From Octopus sinensis (lineage: Eukaryota), in assembly GCF_006345805.1 (NCBI RefSeq), contig NC_043001.1:13764001-13828000 (forward strand): DNA of 64,000 nt, in the 5' to 3' direction. Numbering within the stretch: the stretch's first letter is position 1; every line of letters starts with the position of its first letter. This document shows positions 12,944 through 25,300 of this stretch, piece by piece. The translations under genes were made by a program, and so were the position numbers. The notes beneath the pieces were generated by a model. The model was not told the DNA's origin and did no database searches. It saw only the letters and a program-made list of their open reading frames with translations.

Positions 12944-13022
<79 letters not shown>
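12856..13022. repeat. (GATA)n microsatellite flanking Tx1 copy B
   Basis: About 40 tandem GATA units. Confidence 0.97.
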
Positions 13023-13769
13023 GGCTACTTTTGGGGGTTATCCGGCATTTCATGTCCAAAAGACACTTAGCTGAACAGCGTTTCTTCAGATCCTAAACTT
13101 GTCCAATGGTCTGTCTAGCAATATATATACATATATATGTACACCAGAATATTATTACGTATCATTTTCACGCAACCAAACGTCTCATGTGTTCCAGATA
13201 AGGGATATACTTTATTTCATTTTTAAGCAATTCAGATGTTCATCTCTATATCTAAACACGTCTCAATGATTATTTAGAATATTTATGTCAATTTTATATG
13301 TTTCTACTTGAGGATTATGTTTCTATTTCCTTTATATTTGCTCATCTCCACTGCCATTCCTCTATTCCTTGTGATTTATCCATCTGCTCTAACCTCACAC
13401 CTTCCTGTTTCATTCAAGTTCTTTATTTTCTTCTTTGATTGATTGATTTAGTCTGACCAGTTTTTAAATAAAATCAAAATCTATAAACTGCTCACTTTTC
13501 AATAACTAGCGTGCGACAATTTTTATATTAATATGCATACAGTAAACGGATGGAAAATAACCAAATTTCATTGCTCTTCCATCTTTACCACTCTCAGTGC
13601 CAACACCAACACTTCCATCAACCACCGTCTTGGCTCATAACACCATGATAAAACAACCAAAAAACTTTCACAATATATATCACTTGTGTGTTTAGACGTG
13701 TGTGATTGTAGCAGCATATAGCGTTCCATATAACTCGTCACTCTGACTCTGAGATCTTTCATTCAATAC

Positions 13770-13812
<43 letters not shown>

Positions 13813-14646
13813 TCATTCACTCCGTCTTGCAAACTCTCTTTCTCCCTCACTGTCTAAGACGTCAATCAGGACAATTCTTTATTCTACAAGAAATTCTTTT
13901 TTAAGCGTGTCACAGCTGTAAATATGTTCACACGTTTTCTACCATAAATATATTTTACACTGAGGAGACTTAACTCAGCATATTTCTCGATATGATTCGA
14001 ACTTAATTAAATCATATAGTTGATTATTAAATACTTTGAAAAAACTGCCTTTCGCGACTTAAAATTTCAACGAGATTCACCATCTTTACAGTCTTAAAAT
14101 CAAGAATCTTTGTATTCTTTATATTTAAAACTCCACTTTAAATTTAAATAATTCCAGTGACATAATTGTCACCAATAGCAAATATCAATAAGATTTCCCA
14201 ATGTTAACTAATTCTCCTCTTTACACAGCTTGCATTTTAAAATCATTTTTAAATCAACAACATATTAGTTCTCTTTTTATTTGAATTATATCTATAAATA
14301 TGTCACTAATTAGGAGAAGATTACCTTCATGTATCTCAGAGAAAATTAATGTAATAAGATTTTGAAGTATTCATCTGGCGAAATGGACAGATTCGCTTGA
14401 TCCTCTTATTTCATACAAAAGTTGATTAAAATTACTGCAAATATAATTACAGCTATTTTAAGTAATTGTTCTTCCTATTATTTATTATAGATTATACTCC
14501 AAGAAATATTTATGGTAAATTGTTTTAAGTAGACGACATGGATTTATCATTGCGTAAGTTAGAGCTTACATCAATAAAGGCCTTTTATCGTGCAACGGAT
14601 TTGAAAATGGAAATTGCAATTGTCTTTCACACACACACACACACAC

Positions 14647-14715
<69 letters not shown>

Positions 14716-14978
14716 TTTTTACTTTTTATCTTATATTAAACTTTTTAATACTTTTTGATAGTTATATATATTTAATAAATTTAATATATATATATATATA
14801 TTTATATGAATTAATAATTTTTAATTTTTAACTTTAAATTTAAATAATTTAAATTTTGAATTCTATATTTTATATATTTTGTATATTATATTAATTAATT
14901 TTATTTCTCTGTTTTGTTTATGTTTTTCACTGTTTGATTTGCCTAATAGTGGTTTTCATCTCTAATTTATATATATAT

Positions 14979-15034
<56 letters not shown>

Positions 15035-15357
15035 ATTACATTATATAAAAGGGCTTAGTAAAATAAATTACTTTGCCGCATACTGAACTCATTAGAAATA
15101 GCAGCTAAAAAACTTTTTAAAACTATTTCTAATACTTAAAGAAAACCTCTCTCATATAGTGTTTGCTCAATTCAACTCACGAAAGTATGGGGGTAGAGAC
15201 ATTAAAAAATCAAATGCAAAGGTTATTTGAGAGCAGAAATTCTTCGCTTGCATTTTTGAGTTTGCTGGCACTGTTAGTTTCGAGCAGATCTTCAGAAGCG
15301 ATAAGAAGCCGAAAGGGTATGCTCCCACTTTCAGTGTTTTCAAATCCAAACCAGGGA

Positions 15358-15420
15358 GTTCTGAGCTGATGATAGAAGTGTCGAGTTTGACTAATCTTGA
15401 AACGTACGTTCTCAAATAAC
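15358..15420 (+). ncRNA. Type I minimal hammerhead ribozyme, copy 1
   Basis: TGAG-CTGATGA-[t aga..gtc loop gac..tct t]-GAAAC-GTAC-GT-T-CTCA. Palindromic helix III ACGTACGT; predicted cleavage at 15410/15411. Confidence 0.72.
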
Positions 15421-15916
15421 CTTTGCATTTGATTTTTTAATGTCTCTACCCCCATACTTTCGTGAGTTGAATTGAGCAAACACTATATGAGAGAGGTTTT
15501 CTTTAAGTATTAGGAATAGTTTTAAAAAAGTTTTTTTTAGCTGCTATTTCTAATGAGTTCAGTATGCGGCAAAGTAATTTATTTTACTAAGCCCTTTTAT
15601 ATAATGTAATAATTTGAATTCGCCTTAATTGGTCCCTTTGCATACTGAATACTTGGTGAAATTGATTAATTAATTAATTTTACCCTCAATTGTTGAAATT
15701 ATAATTCATCTCTCTCTATATAATGCCTCGGATTTTACCGAAAAAAGCATAGTGTTTACTGATTTTAACCCACGCTGGTGGAAAGGGGAGAGCAGAAATT
15801 CTTCGCTTGCATTTTTGAGTTTGCTGGCACTGTTAGTTTCGAGCAGATCTTCAGAAGCGATATGAAGCCGAAAGGGTATGCTCCCACTTTCGGTGTTTTC
15901 AAATCCAAACCAGGGA

Positions 15917-15979
15917 GTTCTGAGCTGATGATAGAAGTGTCGAGTTTGACTAATCTTGAAACGTACGTTCTCAGATAAC
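15917..15979 (+). ncRNA. Type I minimal hammerhead ribozyme, copy 2
   Basis: Same motif 559 nt downstream, with a better helix I (TCTGAG/CTCAGA); predicted cleavage at 15969/15970. Confidence 0.76.
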
Positions 15980-16250
15980 CTTTGCATTTGATTTTTTAAT
16001 GTCTCTACCCCCATACTTTCGTGAGTTGAATTGAGCAAACACTATATGAGAGAGGTTTTCTTTAAGTATTAGAAATAGTTTTAAAAAAGTTTTTAGCTGC
16101 TATTTCTAATGAGTTCAGTATGCGGCAAAGTAATTTATTTTACTAAGCCCTTTTATATAATGTAATAATTTGAATTCGCCTTAATTGGTCCCTTTGCATA
16201 CTGAATACTTGGTGAAATTGATTAATTATTAATTTTACCCTCAATTGTTG

Positions 16251-16341
<91 letters not shown>

Positions 16342-16604
16342 GAGGGGGGGGGTGCTAAAGGTTCCTTGCTTTAAGGCAATTGTAAAAGGTATTGCTGGAG
16401 GCCCAACATTCCGAGATCTTTTAGAGAGTTAAGAGAAACTGAAGGAGAGCTGGAATATGTGTGGGAATCCGGGAGGGAGGATGCTGAATAAAATCATAAT
16501 TTACAGATACGCCAGTATTTTCTTTTACTCGAAGTCACGAACTTTTCAGCACCTCCACGTAATGTGTACACATGCATATTTATCATATACTTAGACTCAC
16601 CGAC

Positions 16605-16614
16605 AGATAGGTAA

Positions 16615-16647
<33 letters not shown>

Positions 16648-16652
16648 CAGAC

Positions 16653-16730
<78 letters not shown>

Positions 16731-16742
16731 GTAAATATATAT

Positions 16743-16793
<51 letters not shown>

Positions 16794-16846
16794 TATAGGT
16801 AGATAGGTAGTTAGATAGATAGGTAGATAGATAGATAGATATATAA
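16605..16846. repeat. (GATA)n microsatellite flanking the Tx1 array on the left
   Basis: Tandem GATA with GGTA/TA interruptions. Confidence 0.97.
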
Positions 16847-17493
16847 GTTTCTTTATTAGCCACACAGGGCTGCACACAGATGGGACAAATTACAAGGTAG
16901 AGCTTTTCTTTTTGGGGATGAAAAAAAAAGTGGGGTAGGTTTTCGATCAAAAGGGATCGTAAAAGGGAAAAAAGTAAAAAAGAAAAAAAGGAAAAGAAAC
17001 AAAAGAAAAGAAAAAAGAAAAAAAGGAGAGAAAAAGAAAGAAAAAAAGGGGAAAAAGAAAAAAACTATCAATAGGGATCGTGTATCACAGTGTCATAACG
17101 TACGGTTCAAAGGTGGAAGCACATTAGGTTTATCCGTGGGAAGAAAAGCCTATGGAAAAGACCACGGTAACCTCGGTCAATGTTGTTACATGTTACCACA
17201 TTTGTTTGCAAGTGGGTAACCCTCTTTTTTCAATTTCTGGGTTCATAGGATTATGCTCAATGTGGCTCCGTCATTCATACATACCATCCTTGCTACATTC
17301 ACCCTTCTTTTTTTAAAACATTCGCTAGGCAAAACTTGCCTCTCTACTCTCACTTTCCTTTTCAAGTGGTACTTGAAGAAGTTGATGAGAGATTGACCAG
17401 AGAGGAAAGTGTTTGTCTCCAATCCTTTTAGACACGTCCACCAGATACATTCTTTCGCCATAGCCACCAGGATGATGAAAATAGCTCTTCCTT
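16847..17493 (-). mobile_element. Tx1-like element copy C, 5'-truncated, divergent 3' UTR variant
   Basis: Same terminal ~110 nt and ORF2 C-terminus ([23 protein letters not shown], 17243-17467), but the internal 3' UTR at 17080-17240 differs from copies B, E and F. Confidence 0.88.
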
Positions 17494-17499
17494 AGATAA

Positions 17500-17736
17500 G
17501 TTTCTTTATTGGCCACACAGGGCTGCACACAGATGGGACAAGTTACAAGGTAGAACTTTTCTTTTGGGGGATGAAAAAAACAAAAAACAAAAAACAAAAG
17601 AAGCAAGAAAAAAGGTGGCGTAGGTTTTCGATCAAAAGGGATCGTAAAAGGAAATAAAAAGAACAAAAAATTAAATTTTAAAAAATTAAAAAAAGAAAAA
17701 AAGGAAAAGGAAGAAAAGAAGAAAAAAAAAAAGAAG
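17500..17736 (-). mobile_element. Tx1-like element copy D, 3' UTR-only fragment
   Basis: Begins GTTTCTTTATTGGCCACACAGGGCTG and is separated from its neighbours by AGATAA and GATAGATAT linkers. Confidence 0.85.
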
Positions 17737-17746
17737 AGATAGATAT

Positions 17747-20700
17747 GTTTCTTTATTAGCCACACAGGGCTGCACACAGATAGAACAAATTACAAGGTAG
17801 AGCTTTTCTTTTGAAGGTTAAAAAAAAAAAAAAAAGGAAGGGGGAGTTTCGATCAAAAGGGATCGTAAAAGGAGAGAAAGAGGACAAAAAAAAAGGGGGG
17901 GGGGTTAAAAAAAAAAAAAAAAGGGGGAGAGGAAAAAAAATTGATCAATAGGGATCGTTATCACAGAAATGTCAATATGAAGTGTAAAGGGGAGGACAGG
18001 TGAGGTTTACCCGCGAAAGAAAAGCCTACGGAAAAGACCACGGTAACCTCGGTCAATGAAGTCACATTTTATATTTCTTTTTTTTTTTTTTTTTTTTGCA
18101 AATAAGCAACTCTCTGTTTTCGATTTCTGGCTTCATAGGACTATGCTCAAGGTGGCTTCGTCATTCATACGTGCCATTCTGCTACATTCACACCCATCTT
18201 TTTAAAACATTCGCTAGACAAAACTTGCCTCTCTACTCTCACTTTCCTTTTCAAGTGGTACTTGAAGAAGTTGATGAGAGATTGACCAGAGAGGAAAGTG
18301 TTTGTCTCCAATCCTTTCAGACGCGTCCACCAGATACATTCTTTCGCCATAGCCACAAGGATGATGAAAATAGCTCTTCCTTCCCGTTTGAAGGAAGGAG
18401 GCGTGACAATTTGGCGATAGACTCAGCTGATAAACCGACTCGTCCCACACGTGACAGCAGTTGTTCGACATAAGCCCACAGGTCGGAAATTGTTGGACAC
18501 TGAACGAGTGCGTGCAGAACGGTTTCGTCGCTCTGACCGCATCTCGGGCAGGTCGGCCCCGTGTTTCTCGAGCCGTGTCTGTAGAGCTTATCCCGAACGG
18601 GTAGCGCTTCTCGGTAGCACTGCCAGGCCAGGGATCTCTGGAAGTTGTCCATGGGCCCTGGCCCGAAAGTCGTCCCGAACAGGCGGGTCAGGTACTCCTC
18701 GTCGACGTCGAGGTTCGCCCCGAGCTCGTCGTCGTACCTCCCCTCCACTAAACCCCTATAGAATGCTTTGGTTGTGTTGAAGTCACTTAAGGTCGACCCA
18801 GGACGGCAGAGTTGCTTGAGAGCAACGCGACACTCGCGGTGCCATTCGCCCTTCCTCGGCCTCTTTTTGATCCACGACTGCAGTTCGGTCATGGAGACGA
18901 GCTGCGGGAAAGCGTGCCTCAAAAACGGCGACCACACCTGTTCACCGTCGCCTACATAGAGCCAGAGATGTCGCAGTCTCAGCGCGTGTCTGCGCATCAT
19001 CAACCACGGCATGCCCAGCCCTCCTTTTAACGGGTGTTGACAGCAAATGGATCGCCTGACCATCGGGACGCATCCTTTCCACAAGAAGCGAAAGAGGATG
19101 CGTTGTAGTTTGGTGATGGTAGGGTCGGGACAAGGTACGACGGTCAGGCGGTAGTAGAGGACGGACGCGATGTACGTGTTCGCCACCTCCGCTCGACCTT
19201 TTAGGGACAGTTTCCTCTCGGCCATTGCCGGGCGAGAGTGACCACCCTACTCGTTATCTCGTTCCAGTTCTTCTCCACTGGAGGTCCGGACCAAACCAGA
19301 CCCCGAGCAACTCAACCGGGCCGTCGGTCCAGCGTCCCACGACGGAGGCGCTGGTGGACGGCATGGGCTTGCTTCTCCAGGTGCCTAGTCGCAAGCCCAC
19401 TGACTTTTCCCGGTTGATTTTCGCTCCTGTCACTGCTTCGTAGTTTTTTCAGTGTCTCGCCGACCAGCTCGATGTGCTCGTGGCTAGACACTATGACGGT
19501 GACGTCGTCCGCGTTGCAGAAACGCTCGTCCCGCATCCCAATTCTCGCGGGATGCCCCTTAGAGTCGCCAGCTTCCGCAGTAGTGGCTCAAGAGTCAATA
19601 CGTATAGAAGCGCCGAGAGGGGGCATCCCTGACGGACCGAACGTGCAATGTCGAAAGGTCTCGATAGATGTCCATTTACGCGAATTACCGAACGGATGCC
19701 TCTGTACAAGGCAGCTATCCAGCCGCGGAAGACGGGACCGAAACCAGCCGCTCTCAGGACTGCCTCCAAGTATCGATGGTCTACCCTATCAAAGGCTTTC
19801 GATTGATCCAAGTTGATCAGGGCCCCACCCATGCCAGGTTCGTTAACTACCCTGTCTATGATGTAGCGCATCAGATGGAGGTTGTCATGGATGGTCCGGC
19901 CTGGCACGGCGCATGTTTGCGCCTTGTCGACCAGTTTCTCGATGACAAGCGCCAACCTCTTGGCTAGCACCTTGGCCAAAATTTTCAAGTCTGCATTAAG
20001 CAGAGTGATGGCCTAAAGTTATCTATTACATTTCCCTTGTTTAGATCTTTCTTCAGCAGTGTTACGGCTCCTCGGCTCACAAAACCAGGAATGCTCCCGT
20101 TTTGCTGCCAGTTGCAGTACACCGCCGCCAAGAGATCTCCAAACAAGTCTGGCATACAATTGTAAAGCTCGTAGTAGACCATCCAAACCCGGAGATTTGT
20201 CCCTCGAGCATTCTGCCATCGCTTCCCGCACTTCCGCCGCCGTGATGGCACCTTCGCAGCACCCTGCCTTTCTTGTCGAGAGTCGTGGTAGGCTATGTAG
20301 GTAGGCACTGAAGTCCACCCTACGTTCTTGCCCTCCACTCGTTCCGAACAGTCGGGCAAAATGCTGCTGAAAGGCCTCACACATTTTACTTGGCTCGAGC
20401 AATTCGCGCCCCTGTTCATCTACCAGTGACCGAATGGTGGCTTTGTTGCCCTGTTGCGCCTCTGCCACCCGGGCCTCTCTCGCGGCTCCAACACCTTCGT
20501 TCCTTAGAGCACGCATCCTAGCTCTGACAGCACATCCTTCGTGTTTGGCGTTGAAGTGTTGGTCGAGGGCCAACCTCGCCGCCAAAACGTCGGATGCGAT
20601 GCCGCTTCTAATTGCCTCTTCTAGCTTCTTAACTAGCTCAACCTCTACTCTATTTCTGTCTATGGCTAGTGCTTTGCTGTACCTAATCGCTTCTGCTTTT

Positions 20701-21898
20701 ACTGCTCTATTGAGGGCAAACCACCATTTGTTGTTGATGATGGCTCCCGTCAAAGCCCTCTTTACTAGTGTGCTAATCCGGTCTCTGAAAACTTGTCTCG
20801 ATGGGAAAGACGCGTTTAGTTTCCAGTATCCGGGACCCTGCCTAAGTGTCTTACCTAAGTCTAGCGTACATGTCACAAGTTTGTGATCCGTGTAGCTGAC
20901 TATGTGGAATTGTGGACATCCTATGCTATCTCTATCTACTGTCCTACACAGTATCCTATCTAGATACGATCTCGACGACCCGATGCGGTTGCTCCATGTC
21001 CACGTTGGCGCATTCGGGTGGTCTAGTCGGAACCTGTCAGACAGTTGAAAGCGTCTGAGCAGGTCTCTGAGGCATTTGCATCCCCGTCTATTCCTATCTC
21101 TACCCACGTAGTCTACATGCGTGTCCAAGTAGCATTCCAATCCCACTAAGAGTAAAGGACGAGACGTTCCAAGAAAACTTCTAGACGTTGAAAGAAATCC
21201 GCCGACCTGTTAGGGCGGTGCGTAAACTGATACGAGTCGAAAAGCGCACCCATTGCTGCCGTCGACATCCAGGACGACCAGTCTACCCTCCGGGTCTACG
21301 AATATTGTCCTTACATTGAGATCCAGACTCTTGTGAAAAAGTACCGCGGTGCCACTACCGCCCATTCTCGGCAGACAGGGGGAAAAATAAACGTTGAAAC
21401 TGTCCGCCAAACATGGTCTTTAGGGCCCGCGGATTGTGGAGTCTGGTCTCGCTTATGGCTATGATTTCTACTTATGTGACTTTATGTCATTTAGAGGTCC
21501 CTTGTTTCAAGGGGACCCCAAGCCACGCGCATTTACACAACCAATCTTGATCATAGTTCTAATGAATTAGAATACAGAGGGTTACTTACTGCTCGAAAGT
21601 TTTTGCTTTCTCCTCCGTTGGTTTGTCCTCGAGAAGATCCCAGTACAGTTTCTTTGTGAGATATTTTTGGCATTTACAACCGCACTGGGGAAAATGCCTT
21701 TGAGTGTGTGGTGCAGACTTTTGGAGATGTGTAATATTTTGATGTGGTCTGGTGTGTTGTGTATGGGTGATTGTTTGTTTTTATGTCATCTTCTGTTATG
21801 TTTGTTTTTGATTGGATGTATTCCATCAAATTTGTGTTTTTGGTGTCTATGGCTGTGAGCATGTTTGCTGTATATGTTTTTGTGGTGTTGGTGTGGCT
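17747..21898 (-). mobile_element. Tx1-like element copy E, 5'-truncated within the end of ORF1
   Basis: Near-identical to copy F over ~4.15 kb. 3' end AATAAAGAAAC at 17747; the 5' break at 21898 is joined directly to (GATA)/(GGTA)n. Confidence 0.92.
18133..21554 (-). CDS. Tx1-like ORF2 (APE + RT + zinc finger), copy E, frameshifted
   Basis: Starts MIKIGCVNARGLG at 21554. Contains SYLDRIL, YTDHKLV, GPGYWKLN, LDQSKAFD, RQGCPLS and [18 protein letters not shown]; TGA at 18133-18135. Confidence 0.92.
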
Positions 21899-22014
21899 AT
21901 AGATAGATAGATAGGTAGGTAGGTAGGTAGGTAGGTAGGTAGGTAAGTAGGTAGGTAGGTAGGTAGGTAGGTAGATAGATAGGTAAATAGATAGGTCGAT
22001 AGATAGATAGATAT
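21899..22014. repeat. (GGTA)/(GATA)n linker between Tx1 copies E and F
   Basis: Tandem tetranucleotides visible directly. Confidence 0.97.
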
Positions 22015-22378
22015 GTTTCTTTATTAGCCACACAGGGCTGCACACAGATAGAACAAATTACAAGGTAGAGCTTTTCTTTTGAAGGTTTAAAAAAGAAAAA
22101 AAAAAGGAAGGGGGAGTTTCGATCAAAAGGGATCGTAAAAGGAGAGAAAGAGGACAAACAAAAAGGGGGAGAGGAAAAAAAAAAAATTGATCAATAGGGA
22201 TCGTTATCACAGAAATGTTAATATGAAGTGTAAAGGGGAGGACAGGTGAGGTTTACCCGTGGAAAGAAAAGCCTACGGAAAAGACCACGGTAACCTCAGT
22301 CAATGAAGTCACATTTTATATTTCTTTTTTTTTTTTTTTTTTTGCAAATAAGCAACTCTCTGTTTTCGATTTCTGGGT

Positions 22379-25300
22379 TCATAGGACTATGCTCCAGGTG
22401 CTTCGTCATTCATACGTGCCATTCTTGCTACATTCACCCATCTTTTTTTAAAACATTCGCTAGACAAAACTTGCCTCTCTACTCTCACTCTCACTTTTCC
22501 TTTTCAAGTGGTACTTGAAGAAGTTGATGAGAGATTGACCAGAGAGGAAGTGTTTGTCTCCAATCCTTTCAGACGCGTCCACCAGATACATTCTTTCGCC
22601 ATAGCCACAAGGATGATGAAAATAGCTCTTCCTTCCCGTTTGAAGGAAGGAGGCGTGACAATATTGACGATAGACTCAGCTGATAAACCGACTCGTCCCA
22701 CACGTGACAGCAGTTGTTCGACATAAGCCCACAGGTCGGAAATTGTTGGACACTGAACGAGTGCGTGCAGAACGGTTTCGTCGCTCTGACCGCATCTCGG
22801 GCAGGTCGGCCCCGTGTTTCTCGAGCCGTGTCTGTAGAGCTTATCCCGAACGGGTAGCGCTTCTCGGTAGCACTGCCAGGCCAGGGATCTCTGGAAGTTG
22901 TCCATGGGCCCTGGCCCGAAAGTCGTCCTCCTGAACAGGCGGGTCAGGTACTCCTCGTCGACGTCCAGGTTCGCCCCGAGCTCGTCGTCGTACCTCCCCT
23001 CCACTAAACCCCTATAGAATGCTTTGGTTGTGTTGAAGTCACTTAAGGTCGACCCAGGACGGCAGAGTTGCTTGAGAGCAACGCGACACTCGCGGTGCCA
23101 TTCGCCCTTCCTCGGCCTCTTTTTGATCCACGACTGCAGTTCGGTCATGGAGACGAGCTGCGGGAAGGCGTGCCTCACAAACGGCGACCACACCTGTTTC
23201 CGTCGTCTACATAGAGCCAGAGATGTCGCAGTCTCAGCGCGTGTCTGCGCATCATCAACCACGGCATGCCCAGCCCTCCTTTTAACGGGTGTTGACAGCA
23301 AATGGATCGCCTGACCATCGGGACGCATCCTTTCCACAAGAAGCGAAAGAGGATGCGTTGTAGTTTGGTGATGGTAGGGTCGGGACAAGGTACGACGGTC
23401 AGGCGGTAGTAGAGGACGGACGCGATGTACGTGTTCGCCACCTCCGCTCGACCTTTTAGGGACAGTTTCCTCTCGGCCCATTGCCGGGCGAGAGTGACCA
23501 CCCTACTCGTTATCTCGTTCCAGTTCTTCTCCACTTGAAGGTCCGACCAAACCAGACCCCGAGCAACTCAACCGGGCCGTCGGTCCAGCGTCCACGACGG
23601 AGGCGCTGGTGGACGGCATGGGCTTGCTTCACCAGGTGCCTAGTCGCAAGCCCACTGACTTTTCCCGGTTGATTTTCGCTCCTGTCACCGCTTCGTAGTT
23701 TTTCAGTGTCTCGCCGACCAGCTCGATGTGCTCGTGGCTAGACACTATGACGGTGACGTCGTCCGCGTATGCAGACACGCTCGTCCCGCATCCCAATTCT
23801 CGCGGGATGCCCCTTAGAGTCGCCAGCTTCCGCAGTAGTGGCTCAAGAGTCAATACGTATAGAAGCGCCGAGAGGGGGCATCCCTGACGGACCGAACGTG
23901 CAATGTCGAAAGGTCTCGATAGATGTCCATTTACGCGAATTACCGAACGGATGCCTCTGTACAAGGCAACTATCCAGCCGCGGAAGACGGGACCGAAACC
24001 AGCCGCTCTCAGGACTGCCTCCAAGTATCGATGGTCTACCCTATCAAAGGCTTTCGATTGATCCAAGTTGATCAGGGCTCCACCCATGCCAGGTTCGTTA
24101 ACTACCCAGTCTATGATGTAGCGCATCAGATGGAGGTTGTCATGGATGGTCCGGCCTGGCACGGCGCATGTTTGCGCCTTGTCGACCAGTTTCTCGATGA
24201 CCAGCGCCAACCTCTTGGCTAGCACCTTGGCCAAAATTTTCAAGTCTGCATTAAGCAGAGTGATGGGCCTAAAGTTATCTATTACATTTCCCTTGTTTAG
24301 ATCTTTCTTCAGCAGTGTTACGGCTCCTCGGCTCACAAACCAGGAATGCTCCCGTTTTGCTGCCAGTTGCAGTACACCGCCGCCAGAGATCTCCAAACAA
24401 GTCTGGCATACAATTGTAAAGCTCGTAGGGTAGACCATCCAAACCCGGTGATTTGTCCCTCGAGCATTCTGCCATCGCTTCCCGCACTTCCGCCGCCGTG
24501 ATGGCACCTTCGCAGCACCCTGCCTTTCTTGTCGAGAGTCGTGGTAGGCTATGTAGGTAGGCACTGAAGTCCACCCTACGTTCTTGCCCTCCACTCGTTC
24601 CGAACAGTCGGGCAAAATGCTGCTGAAAGGCCTCACACATTTTACTTGGCTCGAGCAATTCGCGCCCCTGTTCATCTACCAGTGACCGAATGGTGGCTTT
24701 GTTGCCCTGTTGCGCCTCTGCCACCCGGGCCTCTCTCGCGGCTCCAACACCTTCGTTCCTTAGAGCACGCATCCTAGCTCTGACAGCACATCCTTCGTGT
24801 TTGGCGTTGAAGTGTTGGTCGAGGGCCAACCTCGCCGCCAAAACGTCGGATGCGATGCCGCTTCTAATTGCCTCTGCTAGCTTCTTAACTAGCTCACCTC
24901 TACTCTATTTCTTTCTATCTATGGCTAGTGCTTTGCTGTACCTAATCGCTTCTGCTTTTACTGCTCTCTTGAGGGCAAACCACCATTTGTTGTTGATGAT
25001 GGCTTCCGTCAAAGCCCTCTTTACTAGTGTGCTAATCCGGTCTCTGAAAACTTGTCTCGATGGGAAAGACGCGTTTTAGTTTCCAGTATCCGGGACCCTG
25101 CCTAAGTGTCTTACCTAAATCTAGCGTACATGTCACAAGTTTGTGATCCGTGTAGCTGACTATGTGGAATTGTGGACATCCTATGCTATCTCTATCTACT
25201 GTCCTACACAGTATCCTATCTAGATACGATCTCGACGACCCGATGCGGTTGCTCCATGTCCACGTTGGCGCATTCGGGTGGTCTAGTCGGACCTGTCAGA

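Larger units (their letters stand above)
15035..16254 (+). mobile_element. Retrozyme / Penelope-pLTR-like element: inverted 198-bp segment + 1.8 tandem copies of a 559-nt unit, inside (TA)n
   Basis: 15229-15699 repeats at 15788-16254; 15035-15232 is the reverse complement of 15410-15610. Long (TA)n lies on both flanks. Confidence 0.8.

Noticed and set aside
15264-15300. Antisense hammerhead-like string CTGAAGA-TCTGCTC-GAAAC
   Set aside because: No helix II or helix I pairing, and G at the cleavage position.
16847-16920. Possibility that the Tx1 copies are inserted in U2 snRNA or other RNA genes (Keno/Dewa-like)
   Set aside because: The flanks are simple repeats, and the conserved terminal sequence belongs to the element, not to a recognisable snRNA, tRNA or rRNA.
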